Notes: generated from the sequence alone by a model not told the origin. Shown: positions 43,677 through 52,934, counted from the first letter of the stretch. The stretch is DNA of 64,000 nt from an uncultured delta proteobacterium (GCA_963767925.1 CAVYGB010000001.1:64001-128000), one strand, 5' to 3'. Translations and numbers: made by a program.

Positions 43677-44891
43677 ATGAGCCCGGTCGTCGTCACAACC
43701 TGCCCCGCGCCCCTCGAGACGGCGCTGCTCTCGGGCGCCACCCGGCTGAAGCTGTTCTACGCCTGCTTCTTCGTTTGCCAGGGCGTATCGGTGCCGTTTC
43801 TCCCGAGTTACCTGCGCGGGCTGGGGTTCTCCGGCCGCGAGGTCTCGCTGCTGATGTCGGTGGGGCCGCTGTTCTTCCTGGCGGTGCCGCTCGGCTGGGG
43901 CTGGCTCGCCGATCGCACCCGCAAGCCGCACCTGCTGCTGCGGGTGGCCTGCGCGGGCGCCGCCTTGCTGATGGCGCCCGTCGCGGGCGTGACCGCGCTG
44001 CCCGCGCTGCTGGCGCTGTTCGCCGCCCACCAGCTCTTCGCGGTGCCGATCGGCAGCCTGACCGACAGCCTGGCCCTCGATCAGATGCGGCGCACGGGGG
44101 GCAACTACACCCGGGTGCGGCTGTGGGGCTCGGCCAGCTTCCTCACCGTGTGCGCCACCTTGGGGCTGGTGCTCGAGGCCCGCGGCGGCGCGGGTGGCGA
44201 TCCCCTGGTGCCGGGGCTGATCTGCGCCGGCTTCGCCCTGGCCGCCATCGCCGCCCTGGGGCTGCGGGGCGAGCCGGGCCGCCCGGCGCCGCAGCTGCAC
44301 CAGGTGCGGGCCCTCCTGCGCGCCCCCCGCTTCCTCTTCATCCTCGTGCTGGGCTTCCTGCACTGGACGGCGCTGGCCCCCCAGAACGGCTTCTTCGGCA
44401 TCCTCGCCACCGACCGGGGCTTCGGGGCCAGCACCATCGGCACCGGGTTCTTCGTCGGCATGGCGGCCGAGGTGGCGGCCTTCGCCTTTTACCCGCGCCT
44501 GGCCCGCCGCTTTCGCCTCGAGACGCTGCTGGTGCTGATGGCCGCCGCCACCGCCCTGCGCTGGCTGCTCACCGCCGGCGCCCTCGGCGCCCTCTCCGCC
44601 CCGGCCCTGCTGGCCGTGCAGCTCCTGCACGGCCTGAGCTTCGCGGTGTTCTGGGCCTCCGCCCTGACCTGGCTGGGCGAGGCGGTGCCCCCGGCGCTGC
44701 GCGCGACCGGCCAGGCGATGTTCACCGCCGCCACCTTCGGGCTCGGCAGCCTGACCGGCTTCACCGCCAGCGGCTGGCTCTACGACCGCACCGGCGGCGC
44801 CGAGGCGGCCTTCCTGGCCGCCGCCGCCCTCGAGCTCGTCCCGCTGGCCATGGCCCTGGCGGCCCGCCGGCGAACCCTCCGTCCCGCCTGA
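43677..44891 (+). CDS. MFS transporter (MFS_1-like, sugar/nucleoside type)
   Basis: WGWLADRT, YTRVRLWGS, QLLHGLSF, RATGQA. Confidence 0.9.
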   Translation: MSPVVVTTCPAPLETALLSGATRLKLFYACFFVCQGVSVPFLPSYLRGLGFSGREVSLLMSVGPLFFLAVPLGWGWLADRTRKPHLLLRVACAGAALLMAPVAGVTALPALLALFAAHQLFAVPIGSLTDSLALDQMRRTGGNYTRVRLWGSASFLTVCATLGLVLEARGGAGGDPLVPGLICAGFALAAIAALGLRGEPGRPAPQLHQVRALLRAPRFLFILVLGFLHWTALAPQNGFFGILATDRGFGASTIGTGFFVGMAAEVAAFAFYPRLARRFRLETLLVLMAAATALRWLLTAGALGALSAPALLAVQLLHGLSFAVFWASALTWLGEAVPPALRATGQAMFTAATFGLGSLTGFTASGWLYDRTGGAEAAFLAAAALELVPLAMALAARRRTLRPA

Positions 44892-44938
44892 AAACCACCT
44901 GCCCGACAACCCCCGCTCACGAAACAAGGAGACGCACG

Positions 44939-45823
44939 ATGAAAAGGACATGGATGGCCCTCGTGACCCAGCCCGAGTATTTCCCCGGCCTGGAGGTCCT
45001 CGCGAAGGCGCTGCGGGTGCACGGATCGAAATACCCGCTGCACATCCTCGTGACCGACAACATCTCGCACGCCTGGCGCGATCAGATGCGCGACGAGGGC
45101 TGCACCATCAAGGAGATCGAGCGCCTCATCCCCCCCAGCCTGACGCCCGAGGCCTACCTCAACCCGAACTTCGCCGAGGTCTGGACCAAGCTGCGCGTCT
45201 GGGAGGAGGACCAGTTCGACCAGGCCGTCTACCTCGACTCCGACATGCTCATCACCAAGAACATCGACGAGCTGTTCGAGATCGACAGCAAGCTGGCCTC
45301 GGTCCAGGCCTGCATCTGCAACCCCTTCAAGGTGCCCCGGGTCTCCCCCTTCTTCACCCCCGAGGCCTGCCCCTACTCCGATCACAACCTCACCGACGAG
45401 CTCCGCCGCACCGGCACCGTCGACCTGGCCAAGCTCGACCCGCGCGGCCGCTACTTCAACGCCGGCTTTTTCATCTTCAAGCCCGACCGCAACGAGTTCG
45501 CCAAGATGATGGCCGCCCTGCAGACCTGGGACGACTCCAATACCGCCTTCGCCGAGCAGGATTTCCTCAACGTCCTTTACGCCGGCCAGTGGGACTCGGT
45601 GCCCTATTACTACAACACGCTGAAGACCTGGGATCACGCCCACTCGGCCATCTTCGACCTCAGCAAGATCAAGATCATTCACTACATCCGGGCCAAGCCC
45701 TGGCAGGACGACCCCACCAACAAGCGTTACGAGCACCTCAACAAGCTCTGGTGGGACATGCGCAACCTCAACACCCGCCCCGCCGCTCCCGCCCCCACCC
45801 CCGCGACGACCGTCGCGCTGTAG
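44939..45823 (+). CDS. Glycosyltransferase family 8, galactinol synthase/glycogenin-like
   Basis: AAGGAG RBS; WTKLRVW, YLDSDML (DxD), ACICNP, YFNAG, FAEQDFLN, IIHYIRAKPW. Confidence 0.9.
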   Translation: MKRTWMALVTQPEYFPGLEVLAKALRVHGSKYPLHILVTDNISHAWRDQMRDEGCTIKEIERLIPPSLTPEAYLNPNFAEVWTKLRVWEEDQFDQAVYLDSDMLITKNIDELFEIDSKLASVQACICNPFKVPRVSPFFTPEACPYSDHNLTDELRRTGTVDLAKLDPRGRYFNAGFFIFKPDRNEFAKMMAALQTWDDSNTAFAEQDFLNVLYAGQWDSVPYYYNTLKTWDHAHSAIFDLSKIKIIHYIRAKPWQDDPTNKRYEHLNKLWWDMRNLNTRPAAPAPTPATTVAL

Positions 45824-45873
45824 TCTTGCTGAGGATCCGCTCGGAGCAGAGAGGGTCAACCCTCGCGCAGCCG

Positions 45874-46020
45874 CCCCTCACCCTTCCTTCTCCCCACGGA
45901 AGACCGCGGGGAGAGGGCAAACGGGCAGCGGGTTGTCGGGCTGAATAGCGTTCCGGCTAGCCCTCGAGAGGGCAAACGGGCAGCGGGTTGTCGGGCTGAA
46001 TAGCGTCGCGGCTAGCCCTC
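45874..46020. repeat. Single family C REP-like unit followed by a 55-bp tandem duplication
   Basis: CCCCTCACCCTTCCTTCTCCCC...GGGGAGAGGG, then units 45911-45965 and 45966-46020, each ending GGCTAGCCCTC. Confidence 0.85.
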
Positions 46021-47274
46021 GACCGAGGTGCTCAGGCGGGCGGCGTTGGTGAGGAGGTAGGTTCGTTCGGCGAGGCTGAGGGTGCGCTCGGCGGCCCGCC
46101 GGAAGAACGTGCTGGCGCCCGCCCGGTCGCCGGCCCGTTCCAGCAGGTGGGCCCGGACGGCGTCGAGGCGGTGGTTGCCGGCCAGGCGCGGGTCAGCCTC
46201 GAGGGTGTCGAGCAACGCCAGCCCGGCGGCCGGACCCTGGACCATGGCCACCGCGATGGCCCGGTTGAGCGCCACCAGCGGGTTGTCGGAGATGCGGCCG
46301 AGGACCTCGTACAGCGCCAGGATCTGCGGCCAGTCGGTCTTCTCGGCGCTCTCCCCCTCGTCGTGCACCGCCGCGATGGCTGCCTGGAGCTGGTAGGGGC
46401 CGACCGCTCCCCGGCGCAAGGTGGCGCTGATGAGGGCCACGCCCTCGGCGATGGCCGCCTGATCCCAGCGGGTCCGGTCCTGCTTGTCGAGCGGGATCAG
46501 CTCGCCGGCGGGCCCGGTGCGGGCCGTCCGGCGGGCGTCGGTCAGCAACATCAGCGCGAGCAGCCCGGCCACCTCCGTTTCGCCCGGGGCCAGCCGGTGC
46601 AGCAGGCGGATCAGGCGCAGCGCCTCGCTCGACAGGTCGGTCCGCACCAGCTCGGGCCCCCCGCTGACCGCGTACCCTTCGTTGAAGATGAGGTAGAGCA
46701 CGTGCAGCACGTCGGGCAGCCGGCTGGCCAGCACGGCCGGGCCGGGCATCTGGAAGGTCTCGCCCGACTCCTTGATGCTCGCCTTGGCCCGGCTGATCCG
46801 CTGGGCCATCGTCGCCTCGGGCACCAGGAAGGCCCGGGCGATCTCGGCGGTGGTCAGGCCGCCCACCGCGCGCAGGGTGAGGGCGATGGCCGAGGTCGAG
46901 GTGAGGGCCGGGTGGCAACACATGAAGAGCAGGTCGAGGGTGTCGTCACGCTGCTGGGCCCCCTCCGCGTCGGCGGCCAGGGCGACCTGCTCGTCGGCCG
47001 GCACCAGGCTGACCACCAGCTTCTCCCGGTGACGGCGGGCGCTCTCCGCCCGCACGTGGTCGGTGATGCGGCGGACGGCCACCTGGATCAGCCAGCCGCG
47101 CGGGTTGTCGGGCCGGCCCTCGCCCGGCCACTGGGAGGCCGCCGCGATCAGCGCCTCCTGGACCGCGTCCTCGCAGGCCGGGAAGTCCCGGTACCGGCGC
47201 AAGATCGTGCCCAGCACCTGCGGCGCGAGCTCGCGCAACAGGTGCTGGGTCCCGGCGTCGAGGGCAGGTGACAT
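46012..47274 (-). CDS. ECF42-type RNA polymerase sigma factor with C-terminal extension
   Basis: EDAVQEA, LFMCCHPAL, EATMAQRISRAK, LYLIFNEGY, GPYQLQAAIAAVH, TDWPQI. Confidence 0.92.
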   Translation of the reverse strand: MSPALDAGTQHLLRELAPQVLGTILRRYRDFPACEDAVQEALIAAASQWPGEGRPDNPRGWLIQVAVRRITDHVRAESARRHREKLVVSLVPADEQVALAADAEGAQQRDDTLDLLFMCCHPALTSTSAIALTLRAVGGLTTAEIARAFLVPEATMAQRISRAKASIKESGETFQMPGPAVLASRLPDVLHVLYLIFNEGYAVSGGPELVRTDLSSEALRLIRLLHRLAPGETEVAGLLALMLLTDARRTARTGPAGELIPLDKQDRTRWDQAAIAEGVALISATLRRGAVGPYQLQAAIAAVHDEGESAEKTDWPQILALYEVLGRISDNPLVALNRAIAVAMVQGPAAGLALLDTLEADPRLAGNHRLDAVRAHLLERAGDRAGASTFFRRAAERTLSLAERTYLLTNAARLSTSVEG

Positions 47275-47293
47275 CGCGGCCGATCGCGCCTGG

Positions 47294-47334
47294 CGAAGTA
47301 GTCGGGTTCCCTCGCTTCGCTCGGCCCCGACTAG
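47294..47334 (-). repeat. Short hairpin repeat family A, copy 3
   Basis: TAGTCGGG...CCCGACTA hairpin that includes the YciI stop codon. Confidence 0.85.
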
Positions 47335-47714
47335 GCCGGGGCGCTCATCACCTGCCGCACCTCGATCGCCAGGTACAGCGGTTGGCCGCCGGGGCCGGGG
47401 GCGGCCGAGGCCTCGGCGGCGATGGCGTAGGCCCGCTCGGGGCTGGGCACCTCGACGATCCAGTAGCCGGCCAGGTACTCCTTCGACTCGGGGAAGACGC
47501 CGTCGGTGATCGGCTTGCCCTCCTTGCTCCCGCGCACCAGCCGAGCCTGATCGGGGCCTGCCAGGCCCTCGGCGCCGACCAGCTCGCCGGCCGCCGACAG
47601 CTTGCCGGCGAAGCTCTTCATGAACTCGATGTGCCGGACCAGGTCCTCCTTCGGCCACTGCGCGACCTGGAAGGGGCCGCCGCCCGGGGTGTTCATCATC
47701 AGCATGTATTTCAT
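47331..47714 (-). CDS. YciI/DGPF family protein
   Basis: MKYMLM, ITDGVFPESKEYLAGYWIVEV, IEVRQV; usual ECF42 partner. Confidence 0.92.
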   Translation of the reverse strand: MKYMLMMNTPGGGPFQVAQWPKEDLVRHIEFMKSFAGKLSAAGELVGAEGLAGPDQARLVRGSKEGKPITDGVFPESKEYLAGYWIVEVPSPERAYAIAAEASAAPGPGGQPLYLAIEVRQVMSAPA

Positions 47715-47805
47715 GGGTCGCTCTTCCCTTCGTCGTGTTTCAACTCTGCGTCCTCGGGCTCCCCGTCCGCTCCGCTCGCGCTTCCGCGGGGCCCTTCGTC
47801 CGGTA

Positions 47806-47832
47806 GTCGGAGCCGACCCGCCCGCCTCGACA
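47806..47832 (-). promoter_or_regulatory. Probable ECF42 autoregulatory promoter
   Basis: Minus strand TGTCGA-N17-CGAC about 90 bp above the YciI start, matching the ECF42 -35 TGTCGA / -10 CG(A/T)C motif. Confidence 0.6.
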
Positions 47833-48247
47833 TCGGGCCGGTCGATTTTTCGATCTTTCTCCCCGCCGACTCAAGTGACGGAAAGGACGGGAAAATGAGC
47901 CGCCCGCCGGCGCGAGCCGCCGGCGAACCCGACCGACCTGTCGGGTGATCGGATGCGAGGGCGGTGGAGGTCAGCGCTTGGGATCCGTTGTCCCGCTCGC
48001 GCGCACCTGGTTCGCCCCGTCGCTGTTCTCACCGACGGAAGGGTACGCCCTGAATGTGAGACACGACGGGCCAAATCGTGTACGAGGCGCACGCTATCGC
48101 CCTGGCGTTCTGGTACGAACAATTCTGGGGAATCATCGCGGGGACTGCATGAGCGCTGGTAACGAACACGCAGTCACGATGGCACCCCGGCAATTCGCGC
48201 GAGCCGGCAATGCGGATTGTTCCAGAGCCGGATGACTTCGTCCAAAA

Positions 48248-50095
48248 ATGAACGAGAGTCTTCCTGTAACGAGAGGCCCTGTCGCCGCCTTGATGGCGAT
48301 TCCCGGTGCACGCGGGGGGGGCGGCACGGCCGGTGACGGGCGGGCGCGCGACGAAGGCGCCTTGCGACCCGGGACCCGCCTGCGGAGCTACCAGCTCGTC
48401 AACCGGCTGGCGATCGGCGCCACCTCCGAGGTCTGGCTCGCCAAGCTGACCGGCGCCCAGGGCTTCGAGAAGATCGTCGTGTTGAAGGTGATCGCGGCCG
48501 ATCCCGCCCGCCGGGGGGAGCTGGCCGATCTGCTCACCAACGAGGCCACCATCGGTGCGCGGCTGTACCACCCCGGCATCGTCCACCTGCTCGACTTTGC
48601 CCAGGCTGACGCCCGTTGCTTCATCTCCATGGAGCACCTCGACGGCGTGAACCTGCTGCAGGCGGCGGTGCGGCTGGGTGAGCTCGGGCAACGTTTTCCT
48701 CTGCCGCTGGTGGTCTATGTGGCTGGCCAGGTCTGCCGCGGCCTGCACTACGCCCACGAGCTGGCCGATTCGAAAGGTTCCCTCGGCTTTCTCCATCGCG
48801 GGATCAGCCCGGACAACGTGATGTTGTTGCGGTCGGGCGCGGTGAAGTTGATCGACTTCGGCGCCTCCCGCATGCGTTCGGTGCCGACCCCGCCCTCCAG
48901 CGTCGGGACCCAGACCCACTACGCCGCCCCCGAGCGGCTCAACGACCGGGAAGAGGATCGGCGCAGCGACATCTACTCGCTGGGCGTCGTCCTTTACCAG
49001 ATCCTGTGCGGGCAGCGCCCGTTCGAGGGCGACGACGACGTGGTGCGGGCCCGCGTGCTCGAGGGGCGCCCCGCCTCGCCCACCGACGTGGCGCCCGACC
49101 TGCCCGAGGGGATGGCGCAGGTGGTGCTGCGGGCGATGTCCCGCGACCCCGACAAGCGCCAGCCCACCGCCGAGGCGCTGTCCACCGACCTGCAGGCCGC
49201 CTACGAGGAGCACCTCGCCATCGCCCCCGACTCGGGCCACGACGAGCTGGAGCTGCGCATCGGCCTCAACCAGATCTTCGGCAACGGGCTCAACGGCGCC
49301 AACGAGGTGCCCGGGTCGATGCCCCTGCGGATCATCGCCCGCGCCACCAGCGCGGCGCGCTCGCTCGGCTCCGAGCCGGTGGCCCTCGCCCCCGCGGCCC
49401 CCATCGCCGCTCTTCCCCTGCTGGTGGGCGGGGACCCGCCGGCCGAGCCGGGCTGGACCCAGGACGACACGACCGAGCCCTGCTCGATGCCCCTGCCGGT
49501 CGAGGAGCCCGCTTCCTCCCCGCCGGCCCGCGCGCCCGGTCCCGGATCCATGCCGGGGGCGGTGCCCGAGCCCATCCCCACCCAGGAGTCGGCCCCCGTG
49601 CCGGTCTCGGCCCTGTTCGACGGGGGGACCTCGAGCGGCCGCCGCGTCCCCACGGTCTACTGGCTCAAGGACGAGGTGGGGGCCGACCTCACCGGGTCGG
49701 TCTTCGACGTGGCTCTCACCCGCGTGCGCGAGCCCTCGATCAACTTCGTTCCCCGGGAGATCTCCGGGTTCGGCGAGAAGTCCGGAGTGGCCGACATCTT
49801 CGCCATCCGCCGCCGGGGCGAGGCGGCCGAGAGCGGCCCCCGCCACCAGGCCTGGATCACCCCCGAGCCTCCCCCCACGGCCGCCTCGGCCGGGCCGGCG
49901 CCGCCGGCCCCCGAGGACCGCCGTACCCCCCGCCAGCTCGAGGCGGCGCGATGTTTCGATCGAGGGCTGGCCTTTCTCACCGACAAGCAGTACGGGCTCG
50001 CTCTCGACGAATGGGAACGCGCGATCGAGCTCGACCCGTACAACCGGACGTACCAGACAAACCTGAAGCGACTACGCGCGCGCCACAACAAATAG
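48248..50095 (+). CDS. Ser/Thr kinase-like protein with C-terminal TPR; probable pseudokinase
   Basis: VVLK, HRGISPDN (catalytic Asp is Gly), DFG, APE, SDIYSLG; Pro-rich linker; TPR FDRGL...WERAIELDP. Confidence 0.88.
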   Translation: MNESLPVTRGPVAALMAIPGARGGGGTAGDGRARDEGALRPGTRLRSYQLVNRLAIGATSEVWLAKLTGAQGFEKIVVLKVIAADPARRGELADLLTNEATIGARLYHPGIVHLLDFAQADARCFISMEHLDGVNLLQAAVRLGELGQRFPLPLVVYVAGQVCRGLHYAHELADSKGSLGFLHRGISPDNVMLLRSGAVKLIDFGASRMRSVPTPPSSVGTQTHYAAPERLNDREEDRRSDIYSLGVVLYQILCGQRPFEGDDDVVRARVLEGRPASPTDVAPDLPEGMAQVVLRAMSRDPDKRQPTAEALSTDLQAAYEEHLAIAPDSGHDELELRIGLNQIFGNGLNGANEVPGSMPLRIIARATSAARSLGSEPVALAPAAPIAALPLLVGGDPPAEPGWTQDDTTEPCSMPLPVEEPASSPPARAPGPGSMPGAVPEPIPTQESAPVPVSALFDGGTSSGRRVPTVYWLKDEVGADLTGSVFDVALTRVREPSINFVPREISGFGEKSGVADIFAIRRRGEAAESGPRHQAWITPEPPPTAASAGPAPPAPEDRRTPRQLEAARCFDRGLAFLTDKQYGLALDEWERAIELDPYNRTYQTNLKRLRARHNK

Positions 50096-50122
50096 GCGCC
50101 GGGTCAAAGGACGGACACAATC

Positions 50123-50494
50123 ATGAGCACCAAGAGCGAAAAGATCAGCGAAGTCCTGCGGGGCCTTCGCACCAGCTCGCCGGAGGTCATCGGCGCCTGC
50201 GTGGTCAGCACCGAGGGCTTCATCGTCGCTTCGGTCGTCCCCAGCGAGATCGACGAGGACCTCATCGGCGGTATGGCGGCCTCTCTGCTCGGCGTCGGCG
50301 AGCGGATCGCGGCCGATCTGATGCGCTCGCAGATGGAGCAGGTCTACGTCCGCTCGCCCAAGGGGTACATCATCGTCAACGCCGTGGGTCCCGACGCCGC
50401 CCTGGTGTTGCTGGTGACCCGGGAGGCCAAGCTGGGGCTCATCTTCCTCGAGCTGAAGCGAACCACGGTCGAGCTGGTCAGGCACGTCGCATGA
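50123..50494 (+). CDS. Roadblock/LC7 (MglB-like) protein
   Basis: ACVVSTEGFIVAS, GGMAASLLGVGER, AKLGLIFLELKR. Confidence 0.92.
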   Translation: MSTKSEKISEVLRGLRTSSPEVIGACVVSTEGFIVASVVPSEIDEDLIGGMAASLLGVGERIAADLMRSQMEQVYVRSPKGYIIVNAVGPDAALVLLVTREAKLGLIFLELKRTTVELVRHVA

Positions 50495-51216
50495 TGGGAA
50501 GCGCCCGCGCCACGCTGCTGATGACGGGGTGCCTGGCTCTGGGACTGGCCGACGTCGCCGTGCTGAACCTGGTGCTGTTTCCCCGGGTCCGGCAGCAGGG
50601 CAAGGGACCGCCGCCCGCCCCGACCGAGCCGCTGCCCCGGGTGGTCCCGCGGCCGGCGCCGATGGTGGCCGCCACCCCCGCCCCCCTGCCCGATCCCGAG
50701 CCCGCCGCGGCGCCCGAGCCCGCTGCGGTCCCCGAGCCCGCCGCGGTCTTCGAGCCCGCCGCGGTCCCCGAGCCCGATCCCGTCGCCATCGCCGTCCCCG
50801 AACCTGCTCCGGCCCGCGCGCCGGCGGAGGCGCCTCCCGCGATCAACGAGCAGGTCCTCGCCCGCCTCGAGACCGAGGCGCCGCAGATCATCCTCTTCGA
50901 GACCAACCAGGCGCGCCTCGACCGCGAGGCGCAGGCCGCCATCGACCGCCTGGCCGCCCGGCTGACGGCGGTGCCGGCCACGGTGGTCCTGATCGAAGGC
51001 CACACCGACGTCCGGGGCCCCGAGACGGCCAACTACCGGCTCAGCCGGGCGCGTGCCCGGGCCGTCTTGCTCCGATTCACCGCCGAGGGAATCCCCCGCA
51101 GCCGCGTGGTGCTGCGGTCCTTCGGCTCGCGCCGCCCGGCCGCTAGCGGCAGCCACTCCGAGGCGCTGCGCCGCAACCGTCGGGTGGAGGTCTCCGTGCG
51201 GCGAGGGACTTCGTGA
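50491..51216 (+). CDS. Membrane-anchored OmpA/MotB-type peptidoglycan-binding protein
   Basis: ATGA overlap; N-terminal TM; PEPAAV repeats; IEGHTD, NYRLSRARA, NRRVEV. Confidence 0.9.
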   Translation: MMGSARATLLMTGCLALGLADVAVLNLVLFPRVRQQGKGPPPAPTEPLPRVVPRPAPMVAATPAPLPDPEPAAAPEPAAVPEPAAVFEPAAVPEPDPVAIAVPEPAPARAPAEAPPAINEQVLARLETEAPQIILFETNQARLDREAQAAIDRLAARLTAVPATVVLIEGHTDVRGPETANYRLSRARARAVLLRFTAEGIPRSRVVLRSFGSRRPAASGSHSEALRRNRRVEVSVRRGTS

Positions 51217-51220
51217 CATC

Positions 51221-52375
51221 ATGAACGCCACCAATCCGGTCATCGTGGTCTGGATCGCCTCTTTGATGGGGGCGCTGCTGTTCTTCGCCGCCGGCGCCTT
51301 CGCCGCCCGCCGGCGGGCCTACGCCGGCGGCCCGGTCGCTGGCCTGGGCGCGGTCAAGCGCAACACCCCGGTGCCCTCGGCGGCGGCGGGGGGCGTGTTC
51401 GATCAGCCCGCCCGCCCGCCGGTGCCCAACCTCGACGCCAAGATCGCCGCCATGGAGGCGGAGGCCACCCTGCTGCAGTCGGCCCTGGCCACCGCCCAGG
51501 AGCAGCTCAAGACCCGGGAGGGGGAGCTGCAGCGGTTCCGCCGGGCGCTCGAGGAGGTGCAGAGCCGCAGCGGCGAGGAGGCCGGGCGCTGGCACAGCGA
51601 GCGCGCCGACCTGGAGGACCGGGCCGCCCGGGTGCCCCGCCTCGAGGCCGAGCTCGAGCAGCGCCGTCAGGAGATCGCCCGCTGGCGTCAGGAGCTGCGG
51701 GAGGCGGAGGGCCAGCTCGCCCGCTCGCCCTCGGCCGAGACCGAGCAGACCCTGAAGCAGGACCTGGCCATCAAGGTGCAACTCTTGCGGGCCAACGAGC
51801 AGCGCCTCGTCCACCTCGAGGAGGAGAACGCCAAGCTCCGCCAGGACACCGGCGGGGCCGCCGGCGTGCGCGAGGAACGGGACCGGCTGCGCGCCGAGAA
51901 CGCCCAGCTCCGGGCCAAGGCCTTCGCCGGCCGCCCGGCCAGCAGCGGCTCGTCGATCCTGGGCGGCGGGGGGACGGTGCCCCTGCAGGCGCCGCCCAAG
52001 GGCGCCGGTCGGGGCCACCTGTTCCAGACCTTCGTCGAGCAGGTCAGCCGCATGGCCGACGTGCGCTGCGCGGTGGTGGCCGACGAGCTGGGCCTTGTCG
52101 TGGCCAGCCACGGCAGCCTCGGCGACGAGGTGGCGGCGGTGGGGGCCCTGCTCTCCCGGGCGGGCGGAAAGGCCATCGAGGTGCTACCCCTAAGAAATGT
52201 GCATCGGGTGACGGTCGAGGATGACCAGCGGATCATCCTGACCCTGAGACCCCTGCCGACCCGGGAAGGCCGGGACAGCGACCTCTCGTTGATCACGCTG
52301 GCGGTCGGCGTTGCTCCGGATCCCCAGGCACTCACAAAGCTCATCAACGAGGGTCCGCGCAACATTCTGACGTGA
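51221..52375 (+). CDS. TM - coiled coil - roadblock-like protein
   Basis: N-terminal TM, long heptad region, C-terminal CAVVADELGLVVAS...EVAAVGALL. Confidence 0.8.
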   Translation: MNATNPVIVVWIASLMGALLFFAAGAFAARRRAYAGGPVAGLGAVKRNTPVPSAAAGGVFDQPARPPVPNLDAKIAAMEAEATLLQSALATAQEQLKTREGELQRFRRALEEVQSRSGEEAGRWHSERADLEDRAARVPRLEAELEQRRQEIARWRQELREAEGQLARSPSAETEQTLKQDLAIKVQLLRANEQRLVHLEEENAKLRQDTGGAAGVREERDRLRAENAQLRAKAFAGRPASSGSSILGGGGTVPLQAPPKGAGRGHLFQTFVEQVSRMADVRCAVVADELGLVVASHGSLGDEVAAVGALLSRAGGKAIEVLPLRNVHRVTVEDDQRIILTLRPLPTREGRDSDLSLITLAVGVAPDPQALTKLINEGPRNILT

Positions 52376-52393
52376 TTGCCAAAGGAGTTACCA

Positions 52394-52909
52394 ATGCCAT
52401 TGCCAACCTCACCCGCCAACGCGATACCCTCGCTGGACGCGTCCGCCTACAAGGGCGTGGATGTCACCAACGCGCTCAATATCGTGCGCCCCACCCTGGG
52501 TGATCAAGCGGGCATCGCCCTCTACCGCCTGCTGCGCCTGGTGGCGCTGGAGGACATCATCGGGCGGGGCGCGGCGGGCACCGCCTACATCGCCGGCAAG
52601 AAGCTGGGGATCGCGCTGGGGCTGACCAAGCTGGAGGACTTCCTGGCCCTGTGCAACGCCCTCAAGATCGGGATCATCAAGGTCCCCGTCCTCAAGGCCG
52701 AGCAGATCCACATCGACGTGTACGAATGTGTGACCTGCTCGGGCATGAAGAAGGTGGGGCGGACCCTCTGCCACTTCGAGGGGGGCCTGATCGCCGGCGC
52801 GGTCGAGCACATCCTCAAGAAGCGGACCCGGGCCCACGAGATGACCTGCATCGGCGGCCTCGGCCACGAGGCCTGCGGCTTCGACCTGGAGTTCCGGGGA
52901 GCGGTTTGA
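52394..52909 (+). CDS. Stand-alone V4R domain protein
   Basis: AAAGGAG RBS; RPTLGD, AGKKLG, YECVTCSG, LCHFEGGLIAG, EMTC..GHEACGF. Confidence 0.9.
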   Translation: MPLPTSPANAIPSLDASAYKGVDVTNALNIVRPTLGDQAGIALYRLLRLVALEDIIGRGAAGTAYIAGKKLGIALGLTKLEDFLALCNALKIGIIKVPVLKAEQIHIDVYECVTCSGMKKVGRTLCHFEGGLIAGAVEHILKKRTRAHEMTCIGGLGHEACGFDLEFRGAV

Positions 52910-52934
52910 AAGAGACCGAGCTGTCTGGCCGGAG

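Noticed and set aside
43538..45823. 761-aa GT8 fusion
   Set aside because: The upstream part is an off-frame overlap of the MFS gene; a clear RBS precedes ATG 44939.
45911..46020. CRISPR-like array
   Set aside because: Only two head-to-tail units, no unique spacers, no cas genes.
49006..51216. 736-aa OmpA ORF
   Set aside because: The upstream part is off-frame to the kinase and roadblock genes; the coupled start is at 50491.
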